Shown in pieces: positions 39,801-53,700 of a DNA stretch of 64,000 bases. Where the stretch lies: assembly GCF_009914755.1 (NCBI RefSeq), contig NC_060938.1; one strand, written 5' to 3'. The first letter of the stretch is position 1. Each line of letters starts with the position of its first letter. The notes under the pieces were generated by a model. The model was given only the letters and a program-made list of their open reading frames with translations, was not told where the DNA came from and searched no databases. The DNA comes from the human T2T-CHM13v2.0 reference genome, Homo sapiens. Position numbers and translations under genes: made by a program.

Positions 39801-42800
39801 CAAAACTGCTCTGTCAAAAGGAAGGTTCTTTTCTGTTAGGTGAGTGCATACGTCATAAAGGAGTTTCTGAGAATGTTTCTGTCTAGTGGTTATGGGAAGA
39901 TATTTGCTTTTTCACCGTAGGCCTCAGAGCGCTCCAAATATCCACTTGCACATACTACAAAAAGAGTGCCTCAAAGCTGCTCTCTGAAAGGGAATGTTCA
40001 ACACTATGAGTTGAATGCAAACATCGCAAAGACGTTTCTGAGAATGCTTCTGTCTAGATTTGATATGAAGATATTCCCGTTTCCAACGAAATCTTCAAAT
40101 CTATCCAAATGTCCACTTGCAGATTCAACAAAAAGTGTTTTTCAGAACTGCTCTATCAAAAGAAAGATCCACCTCTGTTAGCTGAGTTCACACATCACAA
40201 ACAAGTTTATGAGAATGCTTCTGTCTAGTTTTTATTTGAAGATATTTCCTTTCTCACCATAGAGCTGAAAGCTGTCCTAATGTTCACTTCCAGATACTAC
40301 AGAAAGAGTGTTTCAAAACTGCTGTACGAAAGGGAATGTTCAACTCTGTGACTTGAATGCACACATCACAAAGAAGTTTCTGAGGATGCTGCTGTCTACT
40401 TTTTATACGTAATCCCGTTTCCAACGAAATCCTCCAAGCTATCCAAATATCCACTTGCAGATTCCACAGAAAGACTGTTTCAAAACTGCTCTGTCAATAG
40501 AAAGGTTCAACTCTGCTAGCTGCGTGCATATATCCCAAAGAAGATTCTGAGATTGCTTCTGTCTAGTTTTTATGGGAAGATATTTCCCTTTTCACCGTAG
40601 GTGTCAAGGCGCTCCAAATGTCCACTTCCAGATACTACAAAAAGAGTGTTTCAAACCTACTCTGTGAAAGGGAATATTCAACTCTGTGACTTGAATGCAC
40701 ATATCACAAAGAAGTTTCTGAGAATGCTTCTGTCGAGATTTTATATGAAGATATTCCCGTTTCCAACGAAATGCTGAAATCTATCCAAATATCCCCTCGC
40801 AGATTCTACAAAAAGAGTGTTTCAAAACTGCTCTGTGAAAAGAAAGGTTCAACTCTGTTAGTTGAGTACACACATCACAAACAAGTTTCACAGAATGCTT
40901 CTTTCTAGCTTGTAGGGGAAGATATTCCCTTTATCACCATGGGCCTCCAACCGTCCGAAACATCCACTTCCATATACTACAAAAAGAGCGTTTCAAACCT
41001 GCTCTATGAAAGGCAATGTTCAACTCTGTGACTTGAATGCAGACATCACAGAGCAGTTTCTGAGAATGCTTCTGTCTAGATTTTATAGGAAGATATTCCC
41101 GTTTCCAACGAAATCTTCACAGCTATCCAAATATCCACTTGCAGATTCTACAAAAAGAGTGTATCAAAACTGCTCTGTCAAAAGGAAGGTTCTTCTCTGT
41201 TAGGTGAGTGCATACGTCATAAAGGAGTTTCTGAGAATGTTTCTGTCTAGTGGTTATGGGAAGATATTTGCTTTTTCACCGTAGGCCTCAGAGCGCTCCA
41301 AATATCCACTTGCACATACTACAAAAAGAGTGCCTCAAAGCTGCTCTCTGAAACGGAATGTTCAACTCTATGAGTTGAATGCAAACATCACAAAGACGTT
41401 TCTGAGAATGCTTCTGTCTAGATTTGATATGAAGATATTCCCGTTTCCAACGAAATCTTCAAATCTATCCAAATGTCCACTTGCAGATTCAACAAAAAGT
41501 GTTTTTCAGAACTGCTCTATCAAAAGAAAGATCCACCTCTGTTAGCTGAGTTCACACCTCACAAACAACTTTATGAGAATGCTTCTGTCTAGTTTTTATT
41601 TGAAGATATTTCCTTTCTCACCATAGAGCTGCAAGCTGTCCTAATGTTCACTTCCAGATACTACAGAAAGAGTGTTTCAAAACTGCTGTACGAAAGGGAA
41701 TGTTCAACTCTGTGACTTGAATGCACACATCACAAAGAAGTTTCTGAGGATGCTGCTGTCTACTTTTTATACGTAATCCCGTTTCCAACGAAATCCTCCA
41801 AGCTATCCAAATATCCACTTGCAGATTCCACAGAAAGACTGTTTCAAAACTGCTCTGTCAATAGAAAGGTTCAACTCTGTTAGCTGCATGCATATATCCC
41901 AAAGAAGATTCTGAGATTGCTTCTGTCTAGTTTTTATGGGAAGATATTTCCCTTTTCACCGTAGGCGTCAAGGCGCTCCAAATGTCCACTTCCAGATACT
42001 ACAAAAAGAGTGTTTCAAACCTACTCTGTGAAAGGGAATATTCAACTCTGTGACTTGAATGCACATATCACAAGGAAGTTTCTGAGAATGCTTCTGTCGA
42101 GATTTTATATGAAGATATTCCCGTATCCAACGAAATCCTGAAATCTATCCAAATATCCCCTTGCAGATTCTACAAAAAGAGTGTTTCAAAACTGCTCTGT
42201 AAAAAGAAAGGTTCAACTCTGTTAGTTGAGTACACACATCACAAACAAGTTTCACACAATGCTTCTTTCTAGCTTGCAGGGGAAGATATTCCCTTTATCA
42301 CCATGGGCCTCAAACCGTCCGATAAGTCCACTTCCATATACTACAAAAAGAGCGTTTCAAACCTGCTCTATGAAAGGCAATGTTCAACTCTGTGACTTGA
42401 ATGCAGACATCACAGAGCAGTTTCTGAGAATGCTTCTGTCTAGATTTTATAGGAAGATATTCCCATTTCCAACGAAATCTTCACAGCTATCCAAATATCC
42501 ACTTGCAGATTCTACAAAAAGAGTGTATCAAAACTGCTCTGTCAAAAGGAAGGTTCTTTTCTGTTAGGTGAGTGCATACGTCATAAAGGAGTTTCTGAGA
42601 ATGTTTCTGTCTAGTGGTTATGGGAAGATATTTGCTTTTTCACCGTAGGCCTCAGAGCGCTCCAAATATCCACTTGCACATACTACAAAAAGAGTGCCTC
42701 AAAGCTGCTCTCTGAAACGGAATGTTCAACTCTATGAGTTGAATGCAAACATCGCAAAGACGTTTCTGAGAATGCTTCTGTCTAGATTTGATATGAAGAT

Positions 42801-45800
42801 ATTCCCGTTTCCAACGAAATCTTCAAATCTATCCAAATGTCCACTTGCAGATTCAACAAAAAGTGTTTTTCAGAACTGCTCTATCAAAAGAAAGATCCAC
42901 CTCTGTTAGCTGAGTTCACACATCACAAACAAGTTTATGAGAATGCTTCTGTCTAGTTTTTATTTGAAGATATTTCCTTTCTCACCATAGAGCTGAAAGC
43001 TGTCCTAATGTTCACTTCCAGATACTACAGAAAGAGTGTTTCAAAACTGCTGTACGAAAAGGAATGTTCAACTCTGTGACTTGAATGCACACATCACAAA
43101 GAAGATTCTGAGGATGCTGCTGTCTACTTTTTATACGTAATCCCGTTTCCAACGAAATCCTCCAAGCTATCCAACTATCCACTTGCAGATTCCACAGAAA
43201 GACTGTTTCAAAACTGCTCTGTCAATAGAAAGGTTCAACTCTGTTAGCTGCGTGCATATATCCCAAAGAAGATTCTGAGATTGCTTCTGTCTAATTTTTA
43301 TGGGAAGATATTTCCCTTTTCACCGTAGGTGTCAAGGCGCTCCAAATGTCCACTTCCAGATACTACAAAAAGAGTGTTTCAAACCTACTCTGTGAAAGGG
43401 AATATTCAACTCTGTGACTTGAATGCACATATCACAAAGAAGTTTCTGAGAATGCTTCTGTCGAGATTTTATATGAAGATATTCCCTTTTCCAACGAAAT
43501 GCTGAAATCTATCCAAATATCCCCTCGCAGATTCTACAAAAAGAGTGTTTCAAAACTGCTCTGTGAAAAGAAAGGTTCAACTCTGTTAGTTGAGTACACA
43601 CATCACAAACAAGTTTCACAGAATGCTTCTTTCTAGCTTGTAGGGGAAGATATTCCCTTTATCACCATGGGCCTCCAACCGTCCGAAACATCCACTTCCA
43701 TATACTACAAAAAGAGCGTTTCAAACCTGCTCTATGAAAGGCAATGTTCAACTCTGTGACTTGAATGCAGACATCACAGAGCAGTTTCTGAGAATGCTTC
43801 TGTCTAGATTTTATAGGAAGATATTCCCGTTTCCAACGAAATCTTCACAGCTATCCAAATATCCACTTGCAGATTCTACCAAAAGAGTGTATGAAAACTG
43901 CTCTGTCAAAAGGAAGGTTCTTCTCTGTTAGGTGAGTGCATACGTCATAAAGGAGTTTCTGAGAATGTTTCTGTCTAGTGGTTATGGGAAGATATTTGCT
44001 TTTTCCCCGTAGGCCTCAGAGCGCTCCAAATATCCACTTGCACATACTACAAAAAGAGTGCTTCAAAGCTGCTCTCTGAAACGGAATGTTCAACTCTATG
44101 AGTTGAATGCAAACATCACAAAGACGTTTCTGAGAATGCTTCTGTCTAGATTTGATATGAAGATATTCCCGTTTCCAACGAAATCTTCAAATCTATCCAA
44201 ATGTCCACTTGCAGATTCAACAAAAAGTGTTTTTCAGAACTGCTCTATCAAAAGAAAGATCCACCTCTGTTAGCTGAGTTCACACCTCACAAACAACTTT
44301 ATGAGAATGCTTCTGTCTAGTTTTTATTTGAAGATATTTCCTTTCTCACCATAGAGCTGAAAGCTGTCCTAATGTTCACTTCCAGATACTACAGAAAGAG
44401 TGTTTCAAAACTGCTGTACGAAAGGGAATGTTCAACTCTGTGACTTGAATGCACACATCACAAAGAAGTTTCTGAGGATGCTGCTGTCTACTTTTTATAC
44501 GTAATCCCGTTTCCAACGAAATCCTCCAAGCTATCCAAATATCCACTTGCAGATTCCACAGAAAGACTGTTACAAAACTGCTCTGTCAATAGAAAGGTTC
44601 AACTCTGTTAGCTGCGTGCATATATCCCAAAGAAGATTCTGAGATTGCTTCTGTCTAGTTTTTATGGGAAGATATTTCCCTTTTCACCGTAGGTGTCAAG
44701 GCGCTCCAAATGTCCACTTCCAGATACTACAAAAAGAGTGTTTCAAACCTACTCTGTGAAAGGGAATATTCAACTCTGTGACCTGAATGCACATATCACA
44801 AAGAAGTTTCTGAGAATGCTTCTGTCGAGATTTTATATGAAGATATTCCCGTTTCCAACGAAATGCTGAAATCTATCCAAATATCCCCTCGCAGATTCTA
44901 CAAAAAGAGTGTTTCAAAACTGCTCTGTGAAAAGAAAGGTTCAACTCTGTTAGTTGAGTACACACATCACAAACAAGTTTCACAGAATGCTTCTTTCTAG
45001 CTTGTAGGGGAAGATATTCCCTTTATCACCATGGGCCTCCAACCGTCCGAAACATCCACTTCCATATACTACAAAAAGAGCGTTTCAAACCTGCTCTATG
45101 AAAGGCAATGTTCAACTCTGTGACTTGAATGCAGACATCACAGAGCAGTTTCTGAGAATGCTTCTGTCTAGATTTTATAGGAAGATATTCCCGTTTCCAA
45201 CGAAATCTTCACAGCTATCCAAATATCCACTTGCAGATTCTACAAAAAGAGTGTATCAAAACTGCTCTGTCAAAAGGAAGGTTCTTCTCTGTTAGGTGAG
45301 TGCATACGTCATAAAGGAGTTTCTGAGAATGTTTCTGTCTAGTGGTTATGGGAAGATATTTGCTTTTTCACCGTAGGCCTCAGAGCGCTCCAAATATCCA
45401 CTTGCACATACTACAAAAAGAGTGCTTCAAAGCTGCTCTCTGAAACGGAATGTTCAACTCTATGAGTTGAATGCAAACATCACAAAGACGTTTCTGAGAA
45501 TGCTTCTGTCTAGATTTGATATGAAGATATTCCCGTTTCCAACGAAATCTTCAAATCTATCCAAATGTCCACTTGCAGATTCAACAAAAAGTGTTTTTCA
45601 GAACTGCTCTATCAAAAGAAAGATCCACCTCTGTTAGCTGAGTTCACACATCACAAACAAGTTTATGAGAATGCTTCTGTCTAGTTTTTATTTGAAGATA
45701 TTTCCTTTCTCACCATAGAGCTGAAAGCTGTCCTAATGTTCACTTCCAGATACTACAGAAAGAGTGTTTCAAAACTGCTGTACGAAAGGGAATGTTCAAC

Positions 45801-47724
45801 TCTGTGACTTGAATGCACACATCACAAAGAAGTTTCTGAGGATGCTGCTGTCTACTTTTTATACGTAATCCCGTTTCCAACGAAATCCTCCAAGCTATCC
45901 AAATATCCACTTGCAGATTCCACAGAAAGACTGTTTCAAAACTGCTCTGTCAATAGAAAGGTTCAACTCTGTTAGCTGCATGCATATATCCCAAAGAAGA
46001 TTCTGAGATTGCTTCTGTCTAGTTTTTATGGGAAGATATTTCCCTTTTCACCGTAGGCATCAAGGCGCTCCAAATGTCCACTTCCAGATACTACAAAAAG
46101 AGTGTTTCAAACCTACTCTGTGAAAGGGAATATTCAACTCTGTGACTTGAATGCACATATCACAAGGAAGTTTCTGAGAATGCTTCTGTCGAGATTTTAT
46201 ATGAAGATATTCCCGTTTCCAACGAAATCCTGAAATCTATCCAAATATCCCCTTGCAGATTCTACAAAAAGAGTGTTTCAAAACTGCTCTGTAAAAAGAA
46301 AGGTTCAACTCTGTTAGTTGAGTACACACATCACAAACAAGTTTCACACAATGCTTCTTTCTAGCTTGTAGGGGAAGATATTCCCTTTATCACCATGGGC
46401 CTCAAACCGTCCGAAAAGTCCACTTCCATATACTACAAAAAGAGCGTTTCAAACCTGCTCTATGAAAGGCAATGTTCAACTCTGTGACTTGAATGCAGAC
46501 ATCACAGAGCAGTTTCTGAGAATGCTTCTGTCTAGATTTTATAGGAAGATATTCCCGTTTCCAACGAAATCTTCACAGCTATCCAAATATCCACTTGCAG
46601 ATTCTACAAAAAGAGTGTATCAAAACTGCTCTGTCAAAAGGAAGGTTCTTTTCTGTTAGGTGAGTGCATACGTCATAAAGGAGTTTCTGAGAATGTTTCT
46701 GTCTAGTGGTTATGGGAAGATATTTGCTTTTTCACCGTAGGCCTCAGAGCGCTCCAAATATCCACTTGCACATACTACAAAAAGAGTGCCTCAAAGCTGC
46801 TCTCTGAAACGGAATGTTCAACTCTATGAGTTGAATGCAAACATCGCAAAGACGTTTCTGAGAATGCTTCTGTCTAGATTTGATATGAAGATATTCCCGT
46901 TTCCAACGAAATCTTCAAATCTATCCAAATGTCCACTTGCAGATTCAACAAAAAGTGTTTTTCAGAACTGCTCTATCAAAAGAAAGATCCACCTCTGTTA
47001 GCTGAGTTCACACATCACAAACAAGTTTATGAGAATGCTTCTGTCTAGTTTTTATTTGAAGATATTTCCTTTCTCACCATAGAGCTGAAAGCTGTCCTAA
47101 TGTTCACTTCCAGATACTACAGAAAGAGTGTTTCAAAACTGCTGTACGAAAGGGAATGTTCAACTCTGTGACTTGAATGCACACATCACAAAGAAGTTTC
47201 TGAGGATGCTGCTGTCTACTTTTTATACGTAATCCCGTTTCCAACGAAATCCTCCAAGCTATCCAAATATCCACTTGCAGATTCCACAGAAAGACTGTTT
47301 CAAAACTGCTCTGTCAATAGAAAGGTTCAACTCTGTTAGCTGCGTGCATATATCCCAAAGAAGATTCTGAGATTGCTTCTGTCTAGTTTTTATGGGAAGA
47401 TATTTCCCTTTTCACCGTAGGTGTCAAGGCGCTCCAAATGTCCACTTCCAGATACTACAAAAAGAGTGTTTCAAACCTAGTCTGTGAAAGGGAATATTCA
47501 ACTCTGTGACTTGAATGCACATATCACAAAGAAGTTTCTGAGAATGCTTCTGTCGAGATTTTATATGAAGATATTCCCGTTTCCAACGAAATGCTGAAAT
47601 CTATCCAAATATCCCCTCGCAGATTCTACAAAAAGAGTGTTTCAAAACTGCTCTGTGAAAAGAAAGGTTCAACTCTGTTAGCTGAGTACACACATCACAA
47701 ACAAGTTTCACAGAATGCTTCTTT

Positions 47725-50700
47725 CTAGCTTGTAGGGGAAGATATTCCCTTTATCACCATGGGCCTCCAACCGTCCGAAACATCCACTTCCATATACTAC
47801 AAAAAGAGCGTTTCAAACCTGCTCTATGAAAGGCAATGTTCAACTCTGTGACTTGAATGCAGACATCACAGAGCAGTTTCTGAGAATGCTTCTGTCTAGA
47901 TTTTATAGGAAGATATTCCCGTTTCCAACGAAATCTTCACAGCTATCCAAATATCCACTTGCAGATTCTACAAAAAGAGTGTATCAAAACTGCTCTGTCA
48001 AAAGGAAGGTTCTTCTCTGTTAGGTGAGTGCATACGTCATAAAGGAGTTTCTGAGAATGTTTCTGTCTAGTGGTTATGGGAAGATATTTGCTTTTTCACC
48101 GTAGGCCTCAGAGCGCTCCAAATATCCACTTGCACATACTACAAAAAGAGTGCTTCAAAGCTGCTCTCTGAAACGGAATGTTCAACTCTATGAGTTGAAT
48201 GCAAACATCGCAAAGACGTTTCTGAGAATGCTTCTGTCTAGATTTGATATGAAGATATTCCCGTTTCCAACGAAATCTTCAAATCTATCCAAATGTCCAC
48301 TTGCAGATTCAACAAAAAGTGTTTTTCAGAACTGCTCTATCAAAAGAAAGATCCACCTCTGTTAGCTGAGTTCACACCTCACAAACAAGTTTATGAGAAT
48401 GCTTCTGTCTAGTTTTTATTTGAAGATATTTCCTTTCTCACCATAGAGCTGAAAGCTGTCCTAATGTTCACTTCCAGATACTACAGAAAGAGTGTTTCAA
48501 AACTGCTGTACGAAAGGGAATGTTCAACTCTGTGACTTGAATGCACACATCACAAAGAAGTTTCTGAGGATGCTGCTGTCTACTTTTTATACGTAATCCC
48601 GTTTCCAACGAAATCCTCCAAGCTATCCAAATATCCACTTGCAGATTCCACAGAAAGACTGTTTCAAAACTGCTCTGTCAATAGAAAGGTTCAACTCTGT
48701 TAGCTGCATGCATATATCCCAAAGAAGATTCTGAGATTGCTTCTGTCTAGTTTTTATGGGAAGATATTTCCCTTTTCACCGTAGGCGTCAAGGCGCTCCA
48801 AATGTCCACTTCCAGATACTACAAAAAGAGTGTTTCAAACCTACTCTGTGAAAGGGAATATTCAACTCTGTGACTTGAATGCACATATCACAAGGAAGTT
48901 TCTGAGAATGCTTCTGTCGAGATTTTATATGAAGATATTCCCGTTTCCAACGAAATCCTGAAATCTATCCAAATATCCCCTTGCAGATTCTACAAAAAGA
49001 GTGTTTCAAAACTGCTCTGTAAAAAGAAAGGTTCAACTCTGTTAGTTGAGTACACACATCACAAACAAGTTTCACACAATGCTTCTTTCTAGCTTGTAGG
49101 GGAAGATATTCCCTTTATCACCATGGGCCTCAAACCGTCCGATAAGTCCACTTCCATATACTACAAAAAGAGCGTTTCAAACCTGCTCTATGAAAGGCAA
49201 TGTTCAACTCTGTGACTTGAATGCAGACATCACAGAGCAGTTTCTGAGAATGCTTCTGTCTAGATTTTATAGGAAGATATTCCCGTTTCCAACGAAATCT
49301 TCACAGCTATCCAAATATCCACTTGCAGATTCTACAAAAAGAGTGTATCAAAACTGCTCTGTCAAAAGGAAGGTTCTTTTCTGTTAGGTGAGTGCATACG
49401 TCATAAAGGAGTTTCTGAGAATGTTTCTGTCTAGTGGTTATGGGAAGATATTTGCTTTTTCACCGTAGGCCTCAGAGCGCTCCAAATATCCACTTGCACA
49501 TACTACAAAAAGAGTGCCTCAAAGCTGCTCTCTGAAACGGAATGTTCAACTCTATGAGTTGAATGCAAACATCGCAAAGACGTTTCTGAGAATGCTTCTG
49601 TCTAGATTTGATATGAAGATATTCCCGTTTCCAACGAAATCTTCAAATCTATCCAAATGTCCACTTGCAGATTCAACAAAAAGTGTTTTTCAGAACTGCT
49701 CTATCAAAAGAAAGATCCACCTCTGTTAGCTGAGTTCACACATCACAAACAAGTTTATGAGAATGCTTCTGTCTAGTTTTTATTTGAAGATATTTCCTTT
49801 CTCACCATAGAGCTGAAAGCTGTCCTAATGTTCACTTCCAGATACTACAGAAAGAGTGTTTCAAAACTGCTGTACGAAAGGGAATGTTCAACTCTGTGAC
49901 TTGAATGCACACATCACAAAGAAGTTTCTGAGGATGCTGCTGTCTACTTTTTATACGTAATCCCGTTTCCAACGAAATCCTCCAAGCTATCCAAATATCC
50001 ACTTGCAGATTCCACAGAAAGACTGTTTCAAAACTGCTCTGTCAATAGAAAGGTTCAACTCTGTTAGCTGCGTGCATACATCCCAAAGAAGATTCTGAGA
50101 TTGCTTCTGTCTAGTTTTTATGGGAAGATATTTCCCTTTTCACCGTAGGCGTCAAGGCGCTCCAAATGTCCACTTCCAGATACTACAAAAAGAGTGTTTC
50201 AAACCTACTCTGTGAAAGGGAATATTCAACTCTGTGACTTGAATGCACATATCACAAGGAAGTTTCTGAGAATGCTTCTGTCGAGATTTTATATGAAGAT
50301 ATTCCCGTTTCCAACGAAATCCTGAAATCTATCCAAATATCCCCTTGCAGATTCTACAAAAAGAGTGTTTCAAAACTGCTCTGTGAAAAGAAAGGTTCAA
50401 CTCTGTTAGTTGAGTACACACATCACAAACAAGTTTCACACAATGCTTCTTTCTAGCTTGTAGGGGAAGATATTCCCTTTATCACCATGGGCCTCAAACC
50501 GTCCGAAAAGTCCACTTCCATATACTACAAAAAGAGCGTTTCAAACCTGCTCTATGAAAGGCAATGTTCAACTCTGTGACTTGAATGCAGACATCACAGA
50601 GCAGTTTCTGAGAATGCTTCTGTCTAGATTTTATAGGAAGATATTCCCGTTTCCAACGAAATCTTCACAGCTATCCAAATATCCACTTGCAGATTCTACA

Positions 50701-53700
50701 AAAAGAGTGTATCAAAACTGCTCTGTCAAAAGGAAGGTTCTTTTCTGTTAGGTGAGTGCATACGTCATAAAGGAGTTTCTGAGAATGTTTCTGTCTAGTG
50801 GTTATGGGAAGATATTTGCTTTTTCACCGTAGGCCTCAGAGCGCTCCAAATATCCACTTGCACATACTACAAAAAGAGTGCCTCAAAGCTGCTCTCTGAA
50901 ACGGAATGTTCAACTCTATGAGTTGAATGCAAACATCGCAAAGACGTTTCTGAGAATGCTTCTGTCTAGATTTGATATGAAGATATTCCCGTTTCCAACG
51001 AAATCTTCAAATCTATCCAAATGTCCACTTGCAGATTCAACAAAAAGTGTTTTTCAGAACTGCTCTATCAAAAGAAAGATCCACCTCTGTTAGCTGAGTT
51101 CACACATCACAAACAAGTTTATGAGAATGCTTCTGTCTAGTTTTTATTTGAAGATATTTCCTTTCTCACCATAGAGCTGAAAGCTGTCCTAATGTTCACT
51201 TCCAGATACTACAGAAAGAGTGTTTCAAAACTGCTGTACGAAAAGGAATGTTCAACTCTGTGACTTGAATGCACACATCACAAAGAAGTTTCTGAGGATG
51301 CTGCTGTCTACTTTTTATACGTAATCCCGTTTCCAACGAAATCCTCCAAGCTATCCAAATATCCACTTGCAGATTCCACAGAAAGACTGTTTCAAAACTG
51401 CTCTGTCAATAGAAAGGTTCAACTCTGTTAGCTGCGTGCATATATCCCAAAGAAGATTCTGAGATTGCTTCTGTCTAGTTTTTATGGGAAGATATTTCCC
51501 TTTTCACCGTAGGTGTCAAGGCGCTCCAAATGTCCACTTCCAGATACTACAAAAAGAGTGTTTCAAACCTACTCTGTGAAAGGGAATATTCAACTCTGTG
51601 ACTTGAATGCACATATCACAAAGAAGTTTCTGAGAATGCTTCTGTCGAGATTTTATATGAAGATATTCCCGTTTCCAACGAAATGCTGAAATCTATCCAA
51701 ATATCCCCTCGCAGATTCTACAAAAAGAGTGTTTCAAAACTGCTCTGTGAAAAGAAAGGTTCAACTCTGTTAGTTGAGTACACACATCACAAACAAGTTT
51801 CACAGAATGCTTCTTTCTAGCTTGTAGGGGAAGATATTCCCTTTATCACCATGGGCCTCCAACCGTCCGAAACATCCACTTCCATATACTACAAAAAGAG
51901 CGTTTCAAACCTGCTCTATGAAAGGCAATGTTCAACTCTGTGACTTGAATGCAGACATCACAGAGCAGTTTCTGAGAATGCTTCTGTCTAGATTTTATAG
52001 GAAGATATTCCCGTTTCCAACGAAATCTTCACAGCTATCCAAATATCCACTTGCAGATTCTACCAAAAGAGTGTATGAAAACTGCTCTGTCAAAAGGAAG
52101 GTTCTTCTCTGTTAGGTGAGTGCATACGTCATAAAGGAGTTTCTGAGAATGTTTCTGTCTAGTGGTTATGGGAAGATATTTGCTTTTTCACCGTAGGCCT
52201 CAGAGCGCTCCAAATATCCACTTGCACATACTACAAAAAGAGTGCTTCAAAGCTGCTCTCTGAAACGGAATGTTCAACTCTATGAGTTGAATGCAAACAT
52301 CGCAAAGACGTTTCTGAGAATGCTTCTGTCTAGATTTGATATGAAGATATTCCCGTTTCCAACGAAATCTTCAAATCTATCCAAATGTCCACTTGCAGAT
52401 TCAACAAAAAGTGTTTTTCAGAACTGCTCTATCAAAAGAAAGATCCACCTCTGTTAGCTGAGTTCACACATCACAAACAACTTTATGAGAATGCTTCTGT
52501 CTAGTTTTTATTTGAAGATATTTCCTTTCTCACCATAGAGCTGAAAGCTGTCCTAATGTTCACTTCCAGATACTACAGAAAGAGTGTTTCAAAACTGCTG
52601 TACAAAAGGGAATGTTCAACTCTGTGACTTGAATGCACACATCACAAAGAAGTTTCTGAGGATGCTGCTGTCTACTTTTTATACGTAATCCCGTTTCCAA
52701 CGAAATCCTCCAAGCTATCCAAATATCCACTTGCAGATTCCACAGGAAGACTGTTTCAAAACTGCTCTGTCAATAGAAAGGTTCAACTCTGTTAGCTGCA
52801 TGCATATATCCCAAAGAAGATTCTGAGATTGCTTCTGTCTAGTTTTTATGGGAAGATATTTCCCTTTTCACCGTAGGCGTCAAGGCGCTCCAAATGTCCA
52901 CTTCCAGATACTACAAAAAGAGTGTTTCAAACCTACTCTGTGAAAGGGAATATTCAACTCTGTGACTTGAATGCACATATCACAAGGAAGTTTCTGAGAA
53001 TGCTTCTGTCGAGATTTTATATGAAGATATTCCCGTTTCCAACGAAATCCTGAAATCTATCCAAATATCCCCTTGCAGATTCTACAAAAAGAGTGTTTCA
53101 AAACTGCTCTGTAAAAAGAAAGGTTCAACTCTGTTAGTTGAGTACACACATCACAAACAAGTTTCACACAATGCTTCTTTCTAGCTTGTAGGGGAAGATA
53201 TTCCCTTTATCACCATGGGCCTCAAACCGTCCGAAAAGTCCACTTCCATATACTACAAAAAGAGCGTTTCAAACCTGCTCTATGAAAGGCAATGTTCAAC
53301 TCTGTGACTTGAATGCAGACATCACAGAGCAGTTTCTGAGAATGCTTCTGTCTAGATTTTATAGGAAGATATTCCCGTTTCCAACGAAATCTTCACAGCT
53401 ATCTAAATATCCACTTGCAGATTCTACAAAAAGAGTGTATCAAAACTGCTCTGTCAAAAGGAAGGCTCTTTTCTGTTAGGTGAGTGCATACGTCATAAAG
53501 GAGTTTCTGAGAATGTTTCTGTCTAGTGGTTATGGGAAGATATTTGCTTTTTCACCGTAGGCCTCAGAGCGCTCCAAATATCCACTTGCACATACTACAA
53601 AAAGAGTGCCTCAAAGCTGCTCTCTGAAACGGAATGTTCAACTCTATGAGTTGAATGCAAACATCGCAAAGACGTTTCTGAGAATGCTTCTGTCTAGATT

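Noticed and set aside
42226-42567. Longest ORF (113 aa)
   Set aside because: It arises from one private T>C at 42277 that removes a TAG, has a TTG start, and shows no evidence of coding function.
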